From Thermoplasmata archaeon (GTDB lineage: Archaea; Thermoplasmatota; Thermoplasmata; Lutacidiplasmatales; UBA184), in NCBI GenBank assembly GCA_052326445.1, contig JBKQNC010000017.1:129227-193226 (forward strand): DNA of 64,000 bases. The letters are read 5' to 3'. Positions 38,472 to 47,460 of the stretch are shown piece after piece (within the stretch, counting starts at the first letter, position 1; each line of letters begins with the position of its first letter). The position numbers and the translations under genes are program-made. The notes under the pieces are model-generated. The model saw only the letters and a list, made by a program, of their open reading frames with translations, was not told the DNA's origin and made no database searches.

Positions 38472-39335
38472 ATGTCCCAAGGTCATCGATCGGGCCACCG
38501 TCGGCGTGGCCGCGAGGATTCGTCCTCGCATCCCTCTGGGGATCGCGTATTAGTTCTCCCCGGTGAGGAGCTCCCGAGCCAGGGCTTGAAGCCCGGCACG
38601 GGAACCTACCGCGTGGGTGGCAAGGTCTACGCCAGCGTGCTGGGCCTATTGTCCCCCCGACCTCCGTTCGTCCAGGTCGTCCCGCTCTCGGGCCGCTACA
38701 TCCCGAAGGCGAACGACACCGTCATCGGCACCGTCACCGACTGCCAGGGAACGTTCTGGCTCCTCGACATCGGCGCGCCCCGTTGGGCCCCGTTGCACAT
38801 GACCGGGACCCCGTGGAAGGTCGATATCGGCGAAACCGACCGGTTCCTGCACGTCGGCGAGTCCGTGGTCGTTCGGGTCGAAAGCCTGGACGCGACCGGC
38901 CGGATCGGCGTCACGATGCTCGGCGACGGCCTCGGCAAGCTCGAGGGAGGGACGATCGTCGTCGTCTCGCCCGCCCGGGTCCCCCGCATCGTCGGGCGGA
39001 GCGGTTCCATGATCCAGACGATCACGCGCCACACCGGCGCGCAGATCGCCATCGGGCAGAACGGGCGGATCTGGGTCGGGGGCAATCCCGACGCGATCCA
39101 GCGGGTGCGGGAAACGCTCCGCCTCATCGATGAGGAGGGCCAGCGGGGCGGTCTCAGCGAGCGGGTCGAGAGCTATCTCGTCGCCACCGATTCGACCGAC
39201 GGCACGGGCCCGGAGGTCCCGCCTCGGGAGAGCGCGCACCGCGACGTCCTCCCTCACGAACTGCCTCCCCCGACGCCCCCGGCCCCGGGGGAGTTCGACT
39301 CGGACGACTCCGACAGCGGGTCCCCCGAGTATTGA
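38472..39335 (+). CDS. rrp4: Exosome RNA-binding protein Rrp4
   Basis: VLPGE, PL.GRYIP...D.VIG, KH domain VPRIVGRSGSMI, GQNGRIW. Confidence 0.93.
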   Translation: MSQGHRSGHRRRGREDSSSHPSGDRVLVLPGEELPSQGLKPGTGTYRVGGKVYASVLGLLSPRPPFVQVVPLSGRYIPKANDTVIGTVTDCQGTFWLLDIGAPRWAPLHMTGTPWKVDIGETDRFLHVGESVVVRVESLDATGRIGVTMLGDGLGKLEGGTIVVVSPARVPRIVGRSGSMIQTITRHTGAQIAIGQNGRIWVGGNPDAIQRVRETLRLIDEEGQRGGLSERVESYLVATDSTDGTGPEVPPRESAHRDVLPHELPPPTPPAPGEFDSDDSDSGSPEY

Positions 39336-39356
39336 GATTCCAAGGAGAAAAAAACC

Positions 39357-40109
39357 ATGGGAAGCGTAGGAGCAAAGGACGTCCCGGTCCTGCTGAGCCC
39401 GGAAGGGCTGCGGATCGACGGACGACGATTGGACGAGCTTCGACCGATCCGCATCCAGGCCGGTCCCCTGCACCAGGCCGACGGCTCGGCGTTCGTCGAG
39501 TGGGGCATGAACAAGGTGATGGCGGCGGTCTACGGACCCCGCGAGGTCCACCCGCGCCACCTGCAGCAGAACAACAAGGCCGTCATCCAGTGCAAGTACA
39601 ACATGGCCGCGTTCTCCGTCGACGAGCGGAAACGCCCCGGCCTCGACCGACGCTCCCAGGAGATCTCGAAGGTCATCGCGGAAGCGTTCGAGTCGGTCGT
39701 CTTCGCGGAGGAGTATCCCCGTACCAGCATCGACGTCTACATCGAGGTCCTGCAGGCGAACGCCGGAACCCGCTGTGCGGGGCTGGTCGCCGCCTCCGTC
39801 GCCCTCGCGGACGCGGGGATCCCGATGGCCGACCTCCTTCCCGCCGTCGCGGTGGGAAAGATTGCCGGCAAGATCGCGCTCGACCTCCGGAAGGAGGAGG
39901 ACAACTTCGGCGAGGCGGACCTCCCGATGGCCCTCGTGCCGCAATCGGGCCGCCTCGTCCTGATCCAGATGGAGGGCCACATGACGCCGGAGGAGCTCTC
40001 CCAGTCGCTCGACCTCGGCGTCCAGGGATGCCGTGTCATCTACGAGAAGATGAAGCAGGCGCTCCGCGACCGTTACTCGACCGCCCGCTTCGCCCCGGGG
40101 GGCCAATGA
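39357..40109 (+). CDS. rrp41: Exosome exonuclease Rrp41
   Basis: RIDGRRLDELRP, YGPRE.HP, MAAFSVDERK, AGTRCA, EEDNFGEADLP. Confidence 0.96.
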   Translation: MGSVGAKDVPVLLSPEGLRIDGRRLDELRPIRIQAGPLHQADGSAFVEWGMNKVMAAVYGPREVHPRHLQQNNKAVIQCKYNMAAFSVDERKRPGLDRRSQEISKVIAEAFESVVFAEEYPRTSIDVYIEVLQANAGTRCAGLVAASVALADAGIPMADLLPAVAVGKIAGKIALDLRKEEDNFGEADLPMALVPQSGRLVLIQMEGHMTPEELSQSLDLGVQGCRVIYEKMKQALRDRYSTARFAPGGQ

Positions 40110-40894
40110 GGGACGAGGTCGCGGCCGAGATCCGGACGACCCACATCCTCGACCTCGCGGCGACGGGCAAACGCCTGGACGGACGCGGTCCGGACGAGTA
40201 CCGGAACGTCGTCATCGAGCCCGGGTTCGTGGAGACCGCGGACGGCTCCGCCCTCGTCCGCATCGGCGACACGGCCGTCGTCGCGGGCGTCAAGCTGGAG
40301 TTGGGCAAGCCGTTCCCGGACACCCCCAACGCCGGCGTGCTCACGACCAACGCCGAGCTCATCCCCCTCTCCTCGCCCGTCTTCGAGCCCGGACCCCCCC
40401 AGCCGGGGGCCATCGAGGTCTCGCGGGTCGTCGACCGCGCCATCCGCGCGGCCGAGGCGATCGACCTGACCCGCCTGTGCGTCACCCCCGGCGAGAAGAC
40501 CTGGGTCTGCTACGTCGACCTCCACGTCATCGACCACTCGGGGAACCTCATCGATGCCGCGATGCTCGCGGGCGTTACGGCCCTCGCCCACGCGATGGTC
40601 CCCGCGAAACGGTTCGGGGTCGCGGAAGCCGACTACAAGCTCGACCTCCAGCATGTCCCGGTCGAATCCACGTTCGTCCGCCTCGGCGAGGCGATCGTCG
40701 TCGACCCGACGTTCGATGAGGAGCAGGCGGCCCAGGGCCGGCTCACGGTCGCGACCGACGAGACCGGGCGGGTCGTCGCGATGCAGAAGGGGCTCGTCGG
40801 CGCGTTCTCTCCGGACGACGTCCGGGAGATCGTCCGGCGCGCGTTCGTGCACGGCGACAAGCTGCGCGCCCACATCAAGGGAGGAGTTCCATGA
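40106..40894 (+). CDS. rrp42: Exosome component Rrp42
   Basis: RLDGR..DEYR, PFPDTP..G, FEPGPP, DHSGNLIDA, VDPT..EE, MQK; ATG at 40106. Confidence 0.95.
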   Translation: MRDEVAAEIRTTHILDLAATGKRLDGRGPDEYRNVVIEPGFVETADGSALVRIGDTAVVAGVKLELGKPFPDTPNAGVLTTNAELIPLSSPVFEPGPPQPGAIEVSRVVDRAIRAAEAIDLTRLCVTPGEKTWVCYVDLHVIDHSGNLIDAAMLAGVTALAHAMVPAKRFGVAEADYKLDLQHVPVESTFVRLGEAIVVDPTFDEEQAAQGRLTVATDETGRVVAMQKGLVGAFSPDDVREIVRRAFVHGDKLRAHIKGGVP

Positions 40895-41163
40895 GCAAGC
40901 GGACGAAGAAGGTCGGCGCAACGGGCTGGATGGGACCGCGGTACGGCATTCGGATCCGACGCCGCGTCCTCGAGATCTCCCACAACATGGAGCGCCCCGC
41001 CGGGTGCCCGCGCTGCTCCACGATGACGATGCATCGGGTCGCGAGCGGCATCTTCGAGTGCCGACGCTGCGGCGTCCGCTTTGCGTCCAACGCCTACATC
41101 TTCGAGGCGCCCCCGGCCATCACCCGGGCGGAAGTCAAGGAGGCGGCGCCGGGCAACGCTTAA
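40891..41163 (+). CDS. rpl37ae: 50S ribosomal protein L37Ae (eL43)
   Basis: RTKKVG..G..GPRYG, CPRC...GIFECRRC. Confidence 0.93.
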   Translation: MSKRTKKVGATGWMGPRYGIRIRRRVLEISHNMERPAGCPRCSTMTMHRVASGIFECRRCGVRFASNAYIFEAPPAITRAEVKEAAPGNA

Positions 41164-41187
41164 GGTGCCCGACTTGCTCAAAACACC

Positions 41188-41322
41188 ATGTTCCGGTGCA
41201 TCCGTTGCCAGGAGGCCCTGCCCTCCGACGCGAACCTGTTCGGCGTCCGCTGCGACAACTGCGGCGGGAAGATCTTCACGAAGGAGCACCCCAACGTGAA
41301 GAAGGTCCTGAAGGCCCGCTAG
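41188..41322 (+). CDS. rpoP: RNA polymerase subunit P (Rpo12), 44 aa; not in the ORF track
   Basis: Manual translation MFRCIRCQEALPSDANLFGVRCDNCGGKIFTKEHPNVKKVLKAR; Zn ribbon; canonical position after rpl37ae. Confidence 0.9.
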   Translation: MFRCIRCQEALPSDANLFGVRCDNCGGKIFTKEHPNVKKVLKAR

Positions 41323-42173
41323 GGCCGTCCCGAACTTCTCCCCTCGACCGGGTACCCCGCTCGGCGGCACGCGGTCACCACGATCCGCCGGTTCTCCCCC
41401 CGCAGGATCGGAAGGCTTGCCTTCGCCGTCAGCGCATAGAGACGGAGCGCCCCTTCGCAGCTCGCCCGCCAGCTCCCGTCCTCCGTTCCCAGCGCGGCCG
41501 CTTGGGCGACCCCGAACTCGGGACCCGCGCGTCGGGCGGTCCGTTCCCATAGACCGTTCTCGGTGTCCCGCAAGAGTTCGAGCTCCATGGCGCGGAGCAT
41601 CGCCAGGTGGTTCGCGAGCAGGTTCCGCTGGACCGCCGCCGTCGCCCGCTCCCCGGTCTCCATCGCCCGGAGGAGCTTCGCCACCTCCTCCGCCCACCCG
41701 GCGAGCTGGTCAGCGACGTACGCGTCCCGCTTCCGTCGGATGCGATCCCAGCGGAACGCCCGCGCCTCTTTCTTCAATCTCTTCGCGATCCCTGTCGGGT
41801 CGCGCAGAACCTTCGCGACCCGCCAGCCGGGCACGGCGCCGTCGAGCCGAGCCGGATTCCGCATCTCCCCGCGGTCGTTCACGGCGGTCGTGTATCGGAC
41901 GGTGACGAGCCGCCCCTGCCGCTCGAGGTTCCGGTGGCGCTCCTGGGCCCGTCGGCCGACCACCCATACGTCCACGTCCGACCCGGTGTGGGCGTCTCCT
42001 CGGGCCCAGCTTCCCGCCAGCAGGACCGCGGACCTTCCTCCTGGGTCGAGCTCCGGAAGAAGGCGGCGGACGAGCCGCACCACCTCCCGATGCTCGGCCG
42101 CAGTCGCCCTCGGGTTGGGGGCTCGGCCGGTGGGCCCGGCGGGGAAACGCGGGGAGGCCCGGGGTCGCGCCAT
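41319..42173 (-). CDS. Pol-beta-superfamily nucleotidyltransferase with helical C-terminal domain
   Basis: LAGSWARGDAHTGSDVD (GS..RG.....SDxD) motif. Confidence 0.75.
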   Translation of the reverse strand: MARPRASPRFPAGPTGRAPNPRATAAEHREVVRLVRRLLPELDPGGRSAVLLAGSWARGDAHTGSDVDVWVVGRRAQERHRNLERQGRLVTVRYTTAVNDRGEMRNPARLDGAVPGWRVAKVLRDPTGIAKRLKKEARAFRWDRIRRKRDAYVADQLAGWAEEVAKLLRAMETGERATAAVQRNLLANHLAMLRAMELELLRDTENGLWERTARRAGPEFGVAQAAALGTEDGSWRASCEGALRLYALTAKASLPILRGENRRIVVTACRRAGYPVEGRSSGRP

Positions 42174-42258
42174 CGGGAGCCGGGAGGGGATTCTGACGAA
42201 AAAGCCCCTCTAGCCCCTCGCCGCCAAACCGTTTCCCTTTCGGCACGTTCGGGAGACT

Positions 42259-43608
42259 GTGAGCAAACCGACCGTACGCTTCCTGGGAGGGGTCCGGGAG
42301 ATCGGGGGCAACAAGATCCTCATCGAGGACGGTCCCGACAAGGTCCTGTTCGACTTCGGACCGTCGTTCTCGCCCCGGATGGAGGAGTTCTACGTCGACT
42401 ATCTCCAGCCCCGGACGACCAACCCCGCCAAGGACCTGCTCGAGTTCGACCTCATTCCCCGACTCTCGGGACTCTACTCGAAGGAGGCGCTCGGGGACTC
42501 CGACCTCCCCTACACATCCCCCGAGGTCAACGCGATCTTCGTCAGCCACGCGCACGCCGACCACGCGGGCTACCTCCACCTCGTCGACCCCGAGATCCCC
42601 GTCTTCGTCGGCGAAGGGACCCGGGCGCTCCTCGATGCGATCGAGCACTCGACCCGGATGAAGTACGGCGACCATGCCTGGAAGGTCTTCTCGGACGGCG
42701 CTCCGGTCCGCGTGGGCAAGATCGAGGTGGTCCCGTTCCCCGTCGATCACTCGATCCCGTTCGCCTACGGGTTCCTGGTCCGGACGAGCGAGGGAACGCT
42801 CGCGTACACCGGCGATTTCCGTCATCACGGCCCCCGGGCCGCCGACACCCACCGGTTCTTCCAGGCGGTGGCGAAAGAAGGCGTCGACGCCCTCCTCATC
42901 GAGGGCACGCGGGCCGGGCCGGACCCGCGACGGAACCTGACCGAAGACGGCGTGCGGCGCGGCGTGGACAAGGTCCTCACCGACCATCACGACCTCGCGC
43001 TGGCCTGCACCTATCCGCGCGACATCGACCGGCTGACCACGCTCCATGCCGCCGCGACGGAGGCGGGACGGGACCTCGTCATCTCCGTCCGCACCGCGCA
43101 CCTCCTCACGGCCGTCGCTCCGCAGTTCCCCGCCGGGACCCTCCCGGTGCCGGGACGGTCTCCCAACCTCCGGGTCTACGCCCGAAAGAAGCGGACCACG
43201 TTCCTGTGGGAGCGTCCGTTCCTCGACACCGCGCTCACCGCCGAGGAGGTCCGGGGTCGGGGGCGGCAGTACCTGCTGGCCCTCGACTTCGCCCACTTCC
43301 CCGAGCTGATCGACCTTCGGCCGGCGAAGGAGAGTCCGTTCATCCACTCGATGAGCGAGCCGTTCAGCGAGGACGATGTCTCCGACCACGTCCTCCACAA
43401 CTGGCTCGACCACTTCGGCCTGCGATTCCACCAGATGCACGCGAGCGGCCATGCGTCGGGGGCGGAGCTGCTCGACCTCGTCCGAACCACGCGGGCACGG
43501 GCCGTGTACCCGATCCACACCGAGCACCCCGAGGCGTTCGACGTGGCGGGCCCGACCGTCCGTTCGCCGGAGCTGGGCCGAGCGTACCCTATCGCCGCTT
43601 CTCGCTAA
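42259..43608 (+). CDS. MBL/beta-CASP ribonuclease (RNase J-like)
   Basis: GGVREIGGN, SHAHADH, DHS, YTGDFR, HASGH, PIHTE. Confidence 0.88.
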   Translation: MSKPTVRFLGGVREIGGNKILIEDGPDKVLFDFGPSFSPRMEEFYVDYLQPRTTNPAKDLLEFDLIPRLSGLYSKEALGDSDLPYTSPEVNAIFVSHAHADHAGYLHLVDPEIPVFVGEGTRALLDAIEHSTRMKYGDHAWKVFSDGAPVRVGKIEVVPFPVDHSIPFAYGFLVRTSEGTLAYTGDFRHHGPRAADTHRFFQAVAKEGVDALLIEGTRAGPDPRRNLTEDGVRRGVDKVLTDHHDLALACTYPRDIDRLTTLHAAATEAGRDLVISVRTAHLLTAVAPQFPAGTLPVPGRSPNLRVYARKKRTTFLWERPFLDTALTAEEVRGRGRQYLLALDFAHFPELIDLRPAKESPFIHSMSEPFSEDDVSDHVLHNWLDHFGLRFHQMHASGHASGAELLDLVRTTRARAVYPIHTEHPEAFDVAGPTVRSPELGRAYPIAASR

Positions 43609-43796
43609 CCCGAGCGTTCCGTCCGTTGGCCCACCCGCGCGACCGTTCCGTCCGGATGACCGCGGAAAGGGTCGGTGCGTTGAATCTCTCGGCGGAGCCA
43701 AGGGGAAGGGTCCCCGGTCCAGGAGGGTATGCCCCGCCCGACGGCGTGCCCAGATACTTCCACAGTTGCTAAGTCGCCGGGCTCCTCTCGAACCTC

Positions 43797-44480
43797 GTGG
43801 AACCCGACCGTCTACCGACCGGGATCGCCTCGGTCGACCGCCTCTTGGGGGGCGGACTCGAGACCGATTCCGTCACCGAACTCTACGGGGAGGGCGGCAG
43901 CGGGAAGACGCTGTTCTGTCTCCAGGTCGCCTACCGGGTCGCCCGGGAAGGCCGCTGGGTCTTCTACGTCGATACCGAGGGGGTGAGCGTCGACCGGTTG
44001 CGCTCGATCGCCGGTGACAGCCTCGAGAAACTCCTCAAGCGATTCCTCCTCTCGACCCCCAAGACGCTGGACGAGCTCGGCGCGGCGGTCCGGACCGCGT
44101 GCGCGCTCGCCCGGGAAGGGAAGCGACCGGTGGGCCTCCTCGTGGTCGATTCGGCGACCTCCTACTATCGCCTCTCGCTCTCCGGACCGGACGAGGACGA
44201 TGCGCGCCAGGCCCTCTCCCTCGAGATCGCCGAGCTCGTCCGGACCTCGCTCGAGGCGCACGTCCCGGTCGTCTTCACGAACCAGGTCTGGCGGAGCATG
44301 CAGAAGGACCGCCTGGAACCGCTCGGTGGCTCGTTCCTCAACCACGCCGCGAAGACGATCCTGTTCTTCGAGCGGCTCTCCGGGCCCCGCCGTCGGGTCG
44401 TGCTCATGAAACACCGGGACCTCCCCGAGGGCTCGGCCGAGTTCCGCATCACCTCGAGCGGATTGGACGGCGGCGGTTGA
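43797..44480 (+). CDS. radB: DNA repair/recombination protein RadB
   Basis: DRLLGGG, YGEGGSGKT, YVDTEG, VVDS, TNQV, KHR motif typical of RadB. Confidence 0.92.
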   Translation: MEPDRLPTGIASVDRLLGGGLETDSVTELYGEGGSGKTLFCLQVAYRVAREGRWVFYVDTEGVSVDRLRSIAGDSLEKLLKRFLLSTPKTLDELGAAVRTACALAREGKRPVGLLVVDSATSYYRLSLSGPDEDDARQALSLEIAELVRTSLEAHVPVVFTNQVWRSMQKDRLEPLGGSFLNHAAKTILFFERLSGPRRRVVLMKHRDLPEGSAEFRITSSGLDGGG

Positions 44481-44514
44481 AACGCCATAAGGCCGCCCGC
44501 CCTGCTCACTTTCG

Positions 44515-45129
44515 ATGGTCGACCCGCTCGAGGTGGCCGACGTCCCGACTCCGATCGGGACCTTCCGCATCGTCTACCAGGGACCGCATGTCCGGGTCGT
44601 GGACCTCTTAGAGAACGGCGTCCACCAGACCGGGGTCCCCCCGGGGGCGGTCCGCAAGAAACCCCCCTTCGCGGCGGGGAGCCCGCCGCGGCAGCTGAGC
44701 GAGTACTTCCGAGGCGACCGGAAAGAGTTCCAGCTCGAGGTCGACCCGGACAGCTCCTCCGCTTTCGACCGTGCGGTGTGGGCCCAACTCCGGAAGGTCA
44801 CGGCGGGCCAAACGACCACCTACGGGGAACTCGCGAAAAGGTCCGGGTACGCCGGCTCCGCGCGCGCCGTGGGGGGCGCCATGGCCCGCAACCCCATTCC
44901 GATCATCATCCCGTGCCATCGCGTGATCGGCACCGGGGGCGAGATCACCGGGTTCGGGCTCGGGCTGTGGCGGAAGCGCTGGCTCCTCGACCACGAAGGC
45001 GCTTGGCCGATCCGGTCATGGTCGGCGGAGGGACCCCGGGGACGCGCCCAGCGAACGTTGGACCAGGCATGGAAAGACTCCAATCCACCGTCCCCTTCTT
45101 CCAAAGCTACTACAGCCGATAGTAGCTGA
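44515..45129 (+). CDS. ogt: O6-methylguanine-DNA-protein-cysteine methyltransferase
   Basis: QL.EYF.G.R..F, TYGELA, ARAVG.AM..NP, active site PCHRV, K.WLL.HE. Confidence 0.93.
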   Translation: MVDPLEVADVPTPIGTFRIVYQGPHVRVVDLLENGVHQTGVPPGAVRKKPPFAAGSPPRQLSEYFRGDRKEFQLEVDPDSSSAFDRAVWAQLRKVTAGQTTTYGELAKRSGYAGSARAVGGAMARNPIPIIIPCHRVIGTGGEITGFGLGLWRKRWLLDHEGAWPIRSWSAEGPRGRAQRTLDQAWKDSNPPSPSSKATTADSS

Positions 45130-45202
45130 CATCACCATACCTACGCACGGCGTAGTAGGTAGAGGATCCGAACCAACTACAGGCTGTAGTTGGTCCAGAT
45201 TC
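45101..45202. repeat. Three degenerate 34-nt tandem units, each an inverted repeat
   Basis: Stems AGCTACTA/TAGTAGCT (45105-45127), TACCTAC/GTAGGTA (45138-45161), ACCAACTACAG/CTGTAGTTGGT (45172-45194). Confidence 0.75.
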
Positions 45203-45234
45203 CGGCGGCCCGAGGTCCGGGCGTGGGCAAGCCC

Positions 45235-47436
45235 CTAGCCGGAGTAGTAGGCCGCGTCGTACGGCTCGGGCTTCAAGCCTCGCCGCTGGCGGATCTCGGA
45301 GACGACCTTCTGCTGGAGTTCCTTCGGGACCGGCTCGAATCCGAGCGACTCGGTCGACCAGAGGACCTTGCCCGCGGTCGCGCTGCGGATGTCGGAGGCA
45401 AAACCGAACATCTCGGCGACCGGGACCTTGGCGACGATCGTCTGTAGGTCCCCGACGCTCGTCATGTCGAGGATCTCGCCCCGCCGCCGCTGGAGCTCCC
45501 GGGTCGCGTTGGCGAGCACCTCCTGCGGCACGTTGACGGTGGCCTTCTGGAACGGCTCGAGCAGCATCCGGTCCCCGAGGACCATGGCACCGTAGATGCC
45601 GCTGCGCGCGGCGGGGATCGTCTGGGCCGGGCCGCGGTGGATCGAATCTTCGTGGAGCTTCGCGTCGACCAGGCGGACCTTCAGGCCGTAGACCTTCTCG
45701 TTCGCGAGCGGGCCCCGGTTCACGGCCTCCTTGAAGGCGTCGACCACGAGGTCCATCGTCTCGTTGAGGTTCTGGATGCCCTTCGTCACGTCGAAGAGGA
45801 TGTTCGTGCCGTCGACTGCGACGATCCCGCGTCCTTCGTCGCGCAAGATGCCCATGGCCTCCATCTTGGTGACGAGCGTCTTCGTGTCCTTGAACGACTT
45901 CCCCTGGGGGATCTCGCCGTCCTTGATCGCCTGGACGACCGCCGGGGGGAGGGCCTCGACCTCGAAGTAGAACTTGTTGTGCTTGTTGGGGCTCTTCCCC
46001 TCGAACGGGCCGCCGGGGTGCTGCACGAGCTCCCGGTAGACGACGATCGGCTTCGAAGCCTCGATCTCGACCTTGTAGTCGTTGACGATCCGGTACTGGG
46101 TGATCTCGAGGTGGAGCTCGCCCATCCCGCTGAGCAGGTGCTCGCCGGTCTCTTGGTTGATCTCGACCCGGAGGCTCGCGTCCTCCTTGCCGACCTTCCG
46201 CATGACCTCGATGAGCTTCGGCAGGTCCGCCATCCGCTTCGGCTCGATGGCGACCGTGACGACCGGCTCGGAAACGTGCCGGATCTCCTCGAAGGGGGCC
46301 ATGGTGGGGTCCGTGGACATCGTCGTCCCCGCGAACGCGTCCGAGAGGCCGATGACGGCGGCGATGTTGCCGGCCGTGACCTCCTCGACCATCAGGCGCT
46401 CGGGGCCCATGAAGAGCGAAACGTGCTGGATGCGGTTGCGAATCTTGGTCCCGACGATCGCGAGCTCCATCCCCTTCTGCAACTTGCCCGAGAAGACCCG
46501 CCCGGTGGCGATCTCGCCCGCGCTCGGGTCCATCGTGATGTCGGTGACCATGAACGAGGTGGGCCCGTCGGTGGCCGTGGCGACCATCGCCATGCCGACC
46601 GCGGACGTGGTGTCGCCCTTCCAGATGTTGGGGATGCGGTACTTCTGGGCGACGTGCGGGTTCGGGAGGTGGCGGATGACCATGTCGAAGATGACGTCGT
46701 TGATCTTCGCCTTCTGGGCGATCTCCTTGGTCCGGCCGGTTGTCACGTACTCGATGATGTCGGGGAACTTGACGCCCGTCTTTTGCATGTAGGGGACGCT
46801 GATCGCCCAGTTGTCGTAGCCCGAGCCGAAGGCGACGGACCCGTCTCGCGGGTCGACACTCCACTCGTCCACGAATTCTTCCGGCGCCATCTTGCGGATC
46901 AGCTCGTTGACCTCGCTGATGATGGCGGTGAAGCGCTTCTGGAGCGCGTCGGACGTGAGCTGGAGTTCCTTGATCGCGCGGTCGACCTTGTTGATGAAGA
47001 GGATCGGTTTGACCTTCTCGCGGAGCGCCTGACGCAAGACCGTCTCGGTCTGCGCCATCACGCCTTCGACCGCGCACACCACCACGACCGCGCCGTCGAC
47101 CGCCCGCATGGCCCGCGTGACATCCCCGCCGAAGTCGACGTGGCCGGGCGTGTCGATGAGGTTGATCAGGTAGTTCTGGCCGTTGAACTCGTGGACGATC
47201 GTGACGTCGGCGTTGTTGATGGTGAGGAGGCGCGCCTGCTCCTGCTCGTCGAAGTTGAGGTAGAGCTGCTTGCCCGCGAGCTCGCTCGAGATCATCCCGG
47301 CCGCGGCGAGGAGGTTGTCCGAGAGGGTCGTCTTGCCGTGGTGGATGTGGGCGATGATCCCGATGTTGCGGATCTGGTCGACGTTCCGCATCATGTCGGG
47401 AATGGCCTTCGCCAGTTCCGCCCGAATGTGCGTCAT
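45235..47436 (-). CDS. fusA: Translation elongation factor aEF-2
   Basis: DTPGHVDFGG, NKVD, GMGELHL, SPNKHNKF, diphthamide loop HEDSIHRGPAQ. Confidence 0.97.
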   Translation of the reverse strand: MTHIRAELAKAIPDMMRNVDQIRNIGIIAHIHHGKTTLSDNLLAAAGMISSELAGKQLYLNFDEQEQARLLTINNADVTIVHEFNGQNYLINLIDTPGHVDFGGDVTRAMRAVDGAVVVVCAVEGVMAQTETVLRQALREKVKPILFINKVDRAIKELQLTSDALQKRFTAIISEVNELIRKMAPEEFVDEWSVDPRDGSVAFGSGYDNWAISVPYMQKTGVKFPDIIEYVTTGRTKEIAQKAKINDVIFDMVIRHLPNPHVAQKYRIPNIWKGDTTSAVGMAMVATATDGPTSFMVTDITMDPSAGEIATGRVFSGKLQKGMELAIVGTKIRNRIQHVSLFMGPERLMVEEVTAGNIAAVIGLSDAFAGTTMSTDPTMAPFEEIRHVSEPVVTVAIEPKRMADLPKLIEVMRKVGKEDASLRVEINQETGEHLLSGMGELHLEITQYRIVNDYKVEIEASKPIVVYRELVQHPGGPFEGKSPNKHNKFYFEVEALPPAVVQAIKDGEIPQGKSFKDTKTLVTKMEAMGILRDEGRGIVAVDGTNILFDVTKGIQNLNETMDLVVDAFKEAVNRGPLANEKVYGLKVRLVDAKLHEDSIHRGPAQTIPAARSGIYGAMVLGDRMLLEPFQKATVNVPQEVLANATRELQRRRGEILDMTSVGDLQTIVAKVPVAEMFGFASDIRSATAGKVLWSTESLGFEPVPKELQQKVVSEIRQRRGLKPEPYDAAYYSG

Positions 47437-47460
47437 GTTGGAGACCTCCGTGCCGAGACC

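Noticed and set aside
45101..45202. Mini-CRISPR interpretation of the hairpin array
   Set aside because: Repeats are not identical, linkers are ~10 nt, and there are no cas genes or leader.
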